In this document: piece after piece, positions 40,406-48,466 of the stretch
How positions within the stretch are numbered: position 1 is the stretch's first letter
Layout of the letters: each line of letters begins with the position of its first letter
Source of the DNA: Leptospiraceae bacterium
GTDB taxonomy: Bacteria; Spirochaetota; Leptospiria; Leptospirales; Leptonemataceae
NCBI GenBank assembly: GCA_040217195.1
Contig: JAVJNR010000008.1
Coordinates: 448,001 to 512,000, forward strand
Length of the DNA stretch: 64,000 nucleotides
Direction: 5' to 3'
Position numbers and translations under genes: made by a program
The notes under the pieces: model-generated
What the model saw: the letters and a program-made list of their open reading frames with translations, nothing else
Database searches by the model: none
Told to the model about the DNA's origin: nothing

Positions 40406-41629
40406 TTACTCGGTGACGCTCAGCGCCCCCAGCTTCTGCAATAGATCACTGCGGGTTTTCTCATCTGCAGCGATCAATTCTTCGAGGTCAGTGGTCTGGC
40501 GGATCTCTCCGTTCTGTAATGCATCTTCAATGGTTTCCGGAATCTGACTGAAAGAGATCCTGTCCCTTAGAAATGCATCCACGGCCACCTCATTGGCCGC
40601 ATTCAGAATGGCCGGAGCTGTGCCCCCGGACTCCATGGCCTTTCTGCAAAGAGAAAAACCTGGAAATCGGTCATCCACCATTTCAAAAGATAATGCCGGC
40701 CAGGCTTCCGGAAAGGACATTTCTGGATGGGAGTCTGGCACACTCTCAGGATAATGCAGCGTATGCGCCACAGGGAATATCATATCTGGATGACTGCAGG
40801 ACAGATGAAAGCTTCCGTCTTTGAGCTGAATCATGGAGTGTACGATTGAATTTCGATGAATGCGTACATCCAGTTGCTCCGGTTCACAGGAGAAAAGAAA
40901 TCGCGCTTCGATGAGTTCCAGGCCTTTGTTGATCATTCCAGCAGAATCCACCGTGATCTTGGGGCCCATGGTCCAGGTCGGATGATTCAAAACCTCTTCT
41001 CGCCTGGCCCTGCGAATCTGAGCTCCGGTCCAGTCCCGAAACGGACCTCCCGATGCAGTGAGCAGGATTCGATGCACATGATCCAGGTTCTGCCCTTCCA
41101 GCAATTGAAACAGTGAATTATGCTCTGAATCCACCGGAACAATGCAGGCAGTACTTTTTGAGTCCAGAGTGAATGCAGGATGGGCCCTGATCGCCGGTCC
41201 GGCGGTTACCAGGGTTTCCTTATTGGCCAGAGCTATCTTTTTTCCAGCTTCAATTCCCGCAACCGTAGCTCGAATCCCGCAGGCCCCTACCACCGCTGTT
41301 AGAACGGTATCTGCCTGGCTGGACTTCACCATATCCACAAGTCCATCCGCGCCCCGAAAAAACCTTACGGAAGGATAGTCCGATTTCAATCCATGGATTG
41401 CATAATCAAAGGCATCTTCATGACTGATGCAAGCCGAGTCAGGCTGGAAACTCTGCAACAGTTCTCGCAGCTTATCCATGGAGGAATGTACACTTACAGA
41501 TTCCAGGCGAATCCCGGAAAATCGCTCCAGATAACGAATGGTGGTGCCTCCTACAGAGCCGGAAGCACCGAGCAGACACAACGATTGCGTGGGTTTGGCC
41601 TGGTTGCGTCTGATTAGAGAAAAGTCCAT
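40406..41629 (-). CDS. dxr: 1-deoxy-D-xylulose-5-phosphate reductoisomerase
   Basis: LGASGSVG, LANKETLV, PVDSEH, TASGGPF, HPTWTMGPKITVDSA, NAANE. Confidence 0.95.
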   Translation of the reverse strand: MDFSLIRRNQAKPTQSLCLLGASGSVGGTTIRYLERFSGIRLESVSVHSSMDKLRELLQSFQPDSACISHEDAFDYAIHGLKSDYPSVRFFRGADGLVDMVKSSQADTVLTAVVGACGIRATVAGIEAGKKIALANKETLVTAGPAIRAHPAFTLDSKSTACIVPVDSEHNSLFQLLEGQNLDHVHRILLTASGGPFRDWTGAQIRRARREEVLNHPTWTMGPKITVDSAGMINKGLELIEARFLFSCEPEQLDVRIHRNSIVHSMIQLKDGSFHLSCSHPDMIFPVAHTLHYPESVPDSHPEMSFPEAWPALSFEMVDDRFPGFSLCRKAMESGGTAPAILNAANEVAVDAFLRDRISFSQIPETIEDALQNGEIRQTTDLEELIAADEKTRSDLLQKLGALSVTE

Positions 41630-41630
41630 T

Positions 41631-42530
41631 CTATCGATACAGGAAGTACACAGTTCCCAGAGGTATTGTAAACAATAGCGCATCAATCAGATCCAGGATA
41701 CCACCGTGTCCTGGAATCATAGATGCAGAGTCTTTGATCTTTGCATCTCGCTTGAGCTGACTTTCTACCAGGTCTCCGAAAACGGAGACAACAGAAAGAA
41801 CGGCTGTGAGTACTCCGGCTTCCACATAACCTAACATCTGGGGACCACCCTGGCCGGTAAAATGCTGCCATAGATACAGAAATCCCTGATTGAAGGCTAC
41901 AGCAAAGATGACACCTCCAATATAGCCTTCATAGGTCTTTCTGGGACTTACCTTCAGACCAGCATTATGCTTTCCGAACCACTTTCCGGCAAAGTAGGCT
42001 CCTGCATCGGTCATGATTGTGGCCAGAGCGATAAAAACAAAATAAAACACTCCCATCTTTAGCTGAAAGAGGGGGAAGATCATAGCCAGCGGAAGAGCCA
42101 CATACAACGGCGCAAACAGAGTGGTGGCCGCTGAAAAGATGGCCCCATCTATGGGCCGAAACACCAGTTGAAGGCTGGATGTAAGAATCACCGAAACGAT
42201 GAGAATCATGGGAAAAGTGCCAGTCCAGGGAGTGAACCACTGGGCCGGCAGATCGCTTTGCAAAGCCAGGTCCGGATGCTTTTCGGCCGCATACATCAGA
42301 TAGAAATTCACCAGTATGAGAATTACCATCAAAAAGCCCGGAAATCGTAAGGGTCTGCCTTCCAGTCCTCGATCGCTGAGTCTATAGAACTCCTCAACTC
42401 CCAGAAAGGAAACCAGTCCTACAAGCACCACCACTCCAATGGAGTAGAAGGCTGTATTATGATATAGAGCGACAATGACCACCGCTCCGATGGTCAGTCC
42501 AGAAATGATTCGTTTGGTCGTTTCGCCCAT
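41631..42530 (-). CDS. cdsA: Phosphatidate cytidylyltransferase
   Basis: DAGAYFAG, SPRKTYEG, GDLVESQLKR, KDSASMIPGHGGILD. Confidence 0.95.
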   Translation of the reverse strand: MGETTKRIISGLTIGAVVIVALYHNTAFYSIGVVVLVGLVSFLGVEEFYRLSDRGLEGRPLRFPGFLMVILILVNFYLMYAAEKHPDLALQSDLPAQWFTPWTGTFPMILIVSVILTSSLQLVFRPIDGAIFSAATTLFAPLYVALPLAMIFPLFQLKMGVFYFVFIALATIMTDAGAYFAGKWFGKHNAGLKVSPRKTYEGYIGGVIFAVAFNQGFLYLWQHFTGQGGPQMLGYVEAGVLTAVLSVVSVFGDLVESQLKRDAKIKDSASMIPGHGGILDLIDALLFTIPLGTVYFLYR

Positions 42531-42572
42531 GGGACGTGTTCTCCTTTCTGTCGTGCAGCCCGTGCTCCGGGC

Positions 42573-43310
42573 TCAGGTACTATCCTGAAGCCCGCCAAAT
42601 CGACGCTGTCGACTTCGGAACCATTCCAGAGCCCGGTTCAGTTCTGTGCTATCAAAATCCGGCCAATACACCTCTGTAAAGTAGAGTTCGGCATAGGCGC
42701 ATTGCCAGAGAAGAAAATTGGATATCCTGTATTCACCGCCGGGTCGAACCAGAAGATCCACATCTCCCAGTCCGGCCGTATACAACTCGGCATCCAGTTC
42801 AGATTCTGTCACTGGCTGGATCATTCCTCTAAGGCGTTTGAAAAAGCCGCCGGACCGTTTCTTGATTAAATGATTGCAGGCGCGGACTATTTCAGCCCTG
42901 GATCCGTAATTGATACAGAAGTTCGCAGTGAGCCTGTCCAGATCCCTGGTGGCTTCCATGGCCCGTTTCAGTACGCCGGAGGGCCCGGGTGGGATCCGAT
43001 TGATGGCACCGCTGCAGCGAATGCGAACTCCTTTTTCCAGACATACATCCAGATACTTTCCGAAGAACTCCTCCATTAATCCCCATAGAGCAGTCACCTC
43101 TGTATCCGGCCTTTTCCAGTTCTCTGTAGAAAAAGCATACATGGATAGCACCGGTATGCCCTGATCAATCACATCATCCAGCAATCGTCTCAGAGCTTCG
43201 CCGCCGGCGCGGTGACCTTCCTGTCTGGAAAGGCCTCGCGCACTGGCCCATCGTCCATTTCCGTCCAGGATAATGGCTATGTGGTTTGGATTAGATTGGG
43301 ACTGGCCCAG
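42573..43310 (-). CDS. uppS: Undecaprenyl diphosphate synthase; extends upstream of the ORF-track start, probable CTG start at 43310
   Basis: The same frame upstream of 43184 reads PNHIAIILDGNGRWA...GHRAG; also FSTENWKRP, NYGSR, RISNFLLWQ, RRFGG. Confidence 0.93.
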   Translation of the reverse strand: MGQSQSNPNHIAIILDGNGRWASARGLSRQEGHRAGGEALRRLLDDVIDQGIPVLSMYAFSTENWKRPDTEVTALWGLMEEFFGKYLDVCLEKGVRIRCSGAINRIPPGPSGVLKRAMEATRDLDRLTANFCINYGSRAEIVRACNHLIKKRSGGFFKRLRGMIQPVTESELDAELYTAGLGDVDLLVRPGGEYRISNFLLWQCAYAELYFTEVYWPDFDSTELNRALEWFRSRQRRFGGLQDST

Positions 43311-43319
43311 GGGAATACC

Positions 43320-43883
43320 TCAGACAGTAAGAATGCTTTCTTCTTTCTGTTCGGCCAGCTTATCTGCTTCGGCTATGGATTGGTCGGTGATTTTCTGAAT
43401 CTCTTCCTGGCTGGATTTAGATTCATCTTCTGGCAGGCCGCTTAGCTTCTTGATATGGTCATTGGCATCCCGACGGACGTTACGTATGGCCACTTTAGTT
43501 TCTTCCAGTCTGCTTTTTACCTGCTTCACCAGCTCCTGACGTCTTTCCATAGAAAGTTCTGGTAGCACCAGACGGATCATACTTCCATCATTTTGAGGCG
43601 TAAGACCCAGATCACTCTTTTGAATGGCTTTTTCAATATCTCCCAGGGCAGTCTTATCGAAAGGAGTTAAAACCATCATTCTGGCTTCGGGAATATTCAG
43701 CGATGCCAGTTGATTCAGTGGAGTCATGGCTCCATAGTATTCAACCTGAATACCATCCAGCATATTCGGAGTGGCCCGCGCCGCTCGAATAGTGGCCAGA
43801 TCTCGCTTATAGGATTCGATGCTTTTTTGCATCTTCTCTTCTGCTTCCAGCAGAATCTCTTCAACGCCAGTTTCTTCAGGCAT
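43320..43883 (-). CDS. frr: Ribosome recycling factor
   Basis: IRAARATP, YYGAMTPL, LGLTPQNDG, ERRQELVK, AIRNVRRDAN. Confidence 0.96.
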   Translation of the reverse strand: MPEETGVEEILLEAEEKMQKSIESYKRDLATIRAARATPNMLDGIQVEYYGAMTPLNQLASLNIPEARMMVLTPFDKTALGDIEKAIQKSDLGLTPQNDGSMIRLVLPELSMERRQELVKQVKSRLEETKVAIRNVRRDANDHIKKLSGLPEDESKSSQEEIQKITDQSIAEADKLAEQKEESILTV

Positions 43884-44613
43884 ATTCCAGTCCTTCCTTT
43901 GACGAGATAAGAGTACCGATATCTTCTCCGGCAATCAATTTCTCAAGATTTCCTTCTTTGAAGATATCAAACACTAAAATAGGCAGGTTATTCTCCATGC
44001 AAAGAGTAAGTGCCGTAGTATCCATTACCTTTAGACGACGCTGAATAGATTCCATGTAGGAAATATGCCTGAAGCGTTTGGCATCCTCATTTTTCATTGG
44101 ATCGGAGTCATAGACTCCATCCACTTTGGTAGCTTTCAAGATAACCTGACTTCCCACTTCTACGGCACGAAGGGCGGCTGTTGTATCTGTGGTGAAGTAT
44201 GGATTACCGGTTCCGCCAGCAAATATTACGATTCGATTCTTTTCCAGGTGGCGCATGGCCTTTCTACGAATATAAGATTCGCAGATGGATTTCATTTCAA
44301 TGGCGGACTGAACTCTGGTAATCAGACCTACATTTTCGCAGGCATCTTGAAGGGCCAGAGCATTGATCACAGTTCCTATCATGCCCATGTAGTCGGCGGT
44401 GGCCCGGTCCATGCCTGCTTCAGCAAACTGGGAGCCTCGTAGAATATTGCCGCCGCCGATAACCACGGCAACAGCAATTCCGGCTTTGTGGCAGAGCTTG
44501 ATTTGCCCCGCCACTTTACGAACCAGATCTACCTCCAGTCCATTGCTTCCCCTGGTGGTGAAGGATTCTCCGGAAAGCTTCAGGAGGATTCTTCGGTAGG
44601 GAAACTCAGACAT
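43876..44613 (-). CDS. pyrH: UMP kinase
   Basis: LLKLSGE, GGGNILRG, ADYMGM, GNPYFTTDT, VMDTTA. Confidence 0.97.
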   Translation of the reverse strand: MSEFPYRRILLKLSGESFTTRGSNGLEVDLVRKVAGQIKLCHKAGIAVAVVIGGGNILRGSQFAEAGMDRATADYMGMIGTVINALALQDACENVGLITRVQSAIEMKSICESYIRRKAMRHLEKNRIVIFAGGTGNPYFTTDTTAALRAVEVGSQVILKATKVDGVYDSDPMKNEDAKRFRHISYMESIQRRLKVMDTTALTLCMENNLPILVFDIFKEGNLEKLIAGEDIGTLISSKEGLEYA

Positions 44614-44617
44614 GGAA

Positions 44618-45211
44618 TTAACCTACCTGATAACGGGTGAACCTTCCAACGGTGATATTTTCACCGAACTTGGAAATGGCTTCTTTCACCAGGTCCTGAA
44701 TGGTAGTCTTGGGATCCTTGATATAGGGCTGCTCAAGAAGGGCTACTTCAGAGAAGAATTTCTTCATTTTTCCAGGAACGATCTTTTCGATCTGCTCTGG
44801 CTTCTTGCCTTCTTCCTTTAGCTGGGCTTCCACTACCTGCTTTTCGCGCTCAATTTCGTCTTCAGGAACATCTTCAGCGGTAACAGCCAGAGGAGCCTGC
44901 GCTGCAATCTGCATGCATATATCCTTTCCTAGCTGGGCGAAGTCTTCATTTCGAGCTACAAAATCCGTTTCGCAGTTAAGCTGCAGTAGAACTCCAATGT
45001 TTCCTTCTCCGTGGATGTAGGAGAATACTCGACCGACTCCGGTAGTGCGATCCATGCGCTTGGCAGCTTTGGCCAGTCCCTTAGAACGCAGAGCGTCCGC
45101 AGCTTTTTTCAGATCACCGGCAGTTTCTTCCAGTGTGCGCTTGCAATCCATCATGCCAGCGCCGGTCATTTCACGTAGTTCTTTAATCTGGTCAGTTGTA
45201 ACGGCTGCCAT
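44618..45211 (-). CDS. tsf: Elongation factor Ts (short form)
   Basis: KELREMTGAGMMDCK, NCETDFVA, LLEQPY. Confidence 0.97.
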   Translation of the reverse strand: MAAVTTDQIKELREMTGAGMMDCKRTLEETAGDLKKAADALRSKGLAKAAKRMDRTTGVGRVFSYIHGEGNIGVLLQLNCETDFVARNEDFAQLGKDICMQIAAQAPLAVTAEDVPEDEIEREKQVVEAQLKEEGKKPEQIEKIVPGKMKKFFSEVALLEQPYIKDPKTTIQDLVKEAISKFGENITVGRFTRYQVG

Positions 45212-46155
45212 TATGCTTCCTCTTGAGTTGCTTTTTCGCCTTCGGCTTTAACCTCGCCTTCTGCTTCACCTTCGCCTTCGCCTTCTCCCTTGATGTAGGC
45301 TTTGGCTTCTTCGTCCACTACAGGCTCAGCAGCCGGGGCTGCAATTGGTGCATCTTCAATAAATTCTCCGGACTCATCGTATTCGCCTTTGTAGCGAATG
45401 GAATCTACCGGGATGGAATCTGGATCGAACTGCTCATCGTCGTCAGTAAACTCGGAAGTTCCAACAATTCCTTCGGTTCCTTCGATAATTGCATCTGCCA
45501 TGGTTTGCAGAAATAAAGAGATTGCCCGAATCGCATCATCGTTTCCAGGAATTGGATGGTCGATCAGTTCTGGATTACAATTGGAGTCTACTACTGCATA
45601 GATCTCGATTCCCAGATTCTTGGCTTCTCGGATAGCGATGGCCTCTTTACTTGGATCAATCACGAACATGATATCCGGCGGAGTAAGCATATCCTTGATA
45701 CCGGACAGGTTCTTTCGCAGATTATCCAGCTCCCTTTGAAGCATTAGCACTTCCTTCTTGGTACGTGCTTCTTGCTCGAAGGTTCCTGATTCTTCCATGG
45801 CCTCCAGTCTCTTCAGACGAGCGATGGATTTCTTTACAGTATTCCAGTTGGTCAGCAATCCACCGGGCCAGCGGGTGTTCACATAGAACATTTTGCAACG
45901 CTTGGCTTCACGCTCTACAGCGCCCCGGGCTTGCTTTTTGGTGCCTACAAAAAGGACCTTCTTTCCGCGGTGAGTAGCTTCTCGCAGAGCTTCATAGGCA
46001 ATCTTGGCCATTTGAACGGTCTTTTGCAGATCAATGATATGAATTCCATTTCTTGCAGTGAAGATATAGGGGGCCATGCGAGGGTCCCACTTGCGAGTCT
46101 GGTGGCCGAAGTGCACTCCAGCTTCCAGCAGGGTTTTCATTGAGATGGTCGACAT
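45211..46155 (-). CDS. rpsB: 30S ribosomal protein S2 with acidic C-terminal extension
   Basis: [39 protein letters not shown]. Confidence 0.97.
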   Translation of the reverse strand: MSTISMKTLLEAGVHFGHQTRKWDPRMAPYIFTARNGIHIIDLQKTVQMAKIAYEALREATHRGKKVLFVGTKKQARGAVEREAKRCKMFYVNTRWPGGLLTNWNTVKKSIARLKRLEAMEESGTFEQEARTKKEVLMLQRELDNLRKNLSGIKDMLTPPDIMFVIDPSKEAIAIREAKNLGIEIYAVVDSNCNPELIDHPIPGNDDAIRAISLFLQTMADAIIEGTEGIVGTSEFTDDDEQFDPDSIPVDSIRYKGEYDESGEFIEDAPIAAPAAEPVVDEEAKAYIKGEGEGEGEAEGEVKAEGEKATQEEA

Positions 46156-46403
46156 TAGTTCTTTCCTTTCTTATAAAGAAGCCAGCCACCCAGTAGAACG
46201 CCAATTAACGCTCCAGGAGTGACCGTAACTTCCAGGATCTTTATTATATAGAAATCCTTTGCTACAGTGAGCGGTTCACCGGTCAGACTGAAATCCAAGA
46301 AGGCCAGTCCAAAAACCCTGTGCAATAAAGACCCGGCCACCGAGCCCAGGAATGCACAGAGTATGATTGTGAGGATTGCGAAGCTTATGGAAAGCTTCCC
46401 CAT
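46155..46403 (-). CDS. Small two-TM membrane protein (DUF4321-like), coupled to rpsB
   Basis: Two hydrophobic helices; stop overlaps the rpsB ATG (TAATG). Confidence 0.6.
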   Translation of the reverse strand: MGKLSISFAILTIILCAFLGSVAGSLLHRVFGLAFLDFSLTGEPLTVAKDFYIIKILEVTVTPGALIGVLLGGWLLYKKGKN

Positions 46404-46608
46404 CTATCCGCCCGATGACAAAGTTGAAAAGACGTCAACCCAGTCAATCCATTTCATGAATTTGCCTCCCCCGGAAGTGAAAAACTGTGGGATTATGTCT
46501 CATTATCTTTCCAGTCCCTTCTAGAGTCCTTTTCCACCAGCCGCAGGTTCCGGAGACAGCCAACCGCATGACAGGATAGCACTTACCCTCCCATCGGTCA
46601 ATGCCATC

Positions 46609-46932
46609 TCAGTGAGTGCCCGAACTTACATCCCGGGACCGTTGGATGGCATCCAGGATCGATTGACGGGACGGAAATCCCTGAAGCTGCCCCCCACTCC
46701 CCCGGTAGATTCTACAGCATTTCCCTGCGTCGGAGGCAGCATCCACTTCCTGACCGTCCACAAGCACTGAAGGAGATCCGAAATTGCGCAGTTCCGATGG
46801 ACAGTTTTTGCTGCTCGTATCTACCATCTCTATAGAGAAATCCAGGTTTTCCTGCCGGCAAAGGGACTCCACCTCCGCTCGAGCCTGTTCAAAGTTCGGG
46901 CAATCCGGCTCATATAAAATGGAGATCTTCAT
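46609..46932 (-). CDS. Small thioredoxin-fold protein (DF/DUF2703-like)
   Basis: LYEPDCPN, FGSPSVLVDG (cis-Pro motif), CCRIY, GFPS. Confidence 0.65.
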   Translation of the reverse strand: MKISILYEPDCPNFEQARAEVESLCRQENLDFSIEMVDTSSKNCPSELRNFGSPSVLVDGQEVDAASDAGKCCRIYRGSGGQLQGFPSRQSILDAIQRSRDVSSGTH

Positions 46933-47087
46933 TCAGTCTGAATTAAGCAACGGACTTGAACCGTGGCAACTGGCAGGCCCCATTTCCAATTCCCTTCCCC
47001 GAAGTTGCCCATCCACCCCGACCGGCCATCGTAAATTATTTAAACCTCTCATATATAAATTCGTCCAAGTAGTCTGTCTGAGCAATA

Positions 47088-47873
47088 ATGACTATGTTTC
47101 ACAATTCATTGCGCATACCGATTCTAGTATCCCTTCTGAGTATAGCGACCTCATTGGCGCCGGCTTCGGCCAGTCCCTGGTCTTTGTATCTCGGAGGAGG
47201 TGGATCGCGATTACAGTTTCTCAATCCGGGTCCCACAGATCTGGAGACTTACCGGAGCCTCTATTTTTTAGATCAGATTGAAAGACAATCCCTTACGGAA
47301 CCGGAACGAACCTTCGCCTACATCTGGTTGAATAGAAATCAGAAATCCCGGAGACGATCCCTGGATGCAAGTAGAGGGCTGATTCAGATGAGATATTCAC
47401 AAGCCGGAGATCCATGGAGTTTTCGCATCGGCTACAGATCGGAAAGAGCCATTCTGGATTGCACCGAATGCAGTGAGGCCGGAGGTATCCACCGATGGCT
47501 TCTCTGGGATGAAATTCAGAAGGGAAACAGGGACCCTGTCTTTCTACTTTATGCAGCGCAGTCTCTGCAAAGCCAGGGCGGAAGCACAGCCCAGTTTGAT
47601 CTTCTTGAATTCGGCTGGACTTACCACTTTCGCAGAAATAAGAGCATTGATCCCTTTCTGGGACTTACTGGTTTGCTGGGAACCTGCCGGGTGCAAGCGT
47701 ACAGCTCAGATGGTTGTTACGCAGAGTTTGCGGCACTACAGGCGGGACTACGCTTGCGCGCATCGGAACTAATTTTTCTGGAAATCGAGGTGGAGCAACG
47801 CTGGGGCCTATCCGGTCCAGCGAGACGGACATCGGCCACGGGGCTGAATCTGGGATTGAGCTTCCTGTTCTAG
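47088..47873 (+). CDS. Hypothetical exported protein, possible outer-membrane beta-barrel
   Basis: Signal peptide ending ASA, alternating beta-strand patterns (FGWTYHF, IDPFLGL), C-terminal GLNLGLSFLF. Confidence 0.6.
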   Translation: MTMFHNSLRIPILVSLLSIATSLAPASASPWSLYLGGGGSRLQFLNPGPTDLETYRSLYFLDQIERQSLTEPERTFAYIWLNRNQKSRRRSLDASRGLIQMRYSQAGDPWSFRIGYRSERAILDCTECSEAGGIHRWLLWDEIQKGNRDPVFLLYAAQSLQSQGGSTAQFDLLEFGWTYHFRRNKSIDPFLGLTGLLGTCRVQAYSSDGCYAEFAALQAGLRLRASELIFLEIEVEQRWGLSGPARRTSATGLNLGLSFLF

Positions 47874-48174
47874 AATGCTGACGTCGGGTTGCCGCAGGCT
47901 CCTCCAGTATGCAAATCCAGATTGCATCTGGGCCTCACCTGAATGCTTTGAGTGGCCGGGCGAATTAGCGATCAAAGTTTCTGCATTTCCAATGCCGGCT
48001 TTTGGATTCGTCTGGCGGCAAAAACCAATCAAATCGCCGTTTCGCAGCCAAATTCTGCACTTGCTGCAACAGGGGCCCGTGACGACATATTCCACAAATT
48101 TCTTCACATTTTTTCTGTAACCGGACCACAAAAACATTGACTCAATCATTGGAGGATCATATCCCTTTCAGACT

Positions 48175-48466
48175 CCGTATGCGATTCAAATCGAGTGCGG
48201 ATTAATGAGACATAATCCAGAAATTTCATACCCGAATCTGGAATGAATGGTTACAATAGCGAAACTGCTTCGGCATTTCGCCGGGAACTGAGAAGGTCCC
48301 GCTACGCGCTGTTCGGGTCCGGTTTATTTAAAAACGCCGGACAGCTTAAAGGTCGGATTGTCTCTAAATGTATCCGTCTCAGGACGGACCCGCTTTTGCG
48401 GAAAACGGTTCAGGCCGTTCGATGTCCGGTGGAAAACCGGCCATCCATTAGTATATTGATGAGGTA
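48175..48466 (+). promoter_or_regulatory. Highly structured leader upstream of nrdJ (candidate cis-regulatory RNA)
   Basis: About nine consecutive hairpins including a cUUCGg tetraloop; no known family recognised. Confidence 0.4.

Noticed and set aside
44618..45211. Truncated EF-Ts
   Set aside because: The ~200 aa form is a known natural variant in several phyla; the termini are intact.
45211..45300. Short tandem repeat (ttcgcc/ttcacc) in rpsB
   Set aside because: Simply encodes the [10 protein letters not shown] acidic tail; not an array or phase-variation tract.
48446..48461. NrdR box (cattagtatattgatg)
   Set aside because: Only the right half matches the consensus, and no tandem second box was seen.
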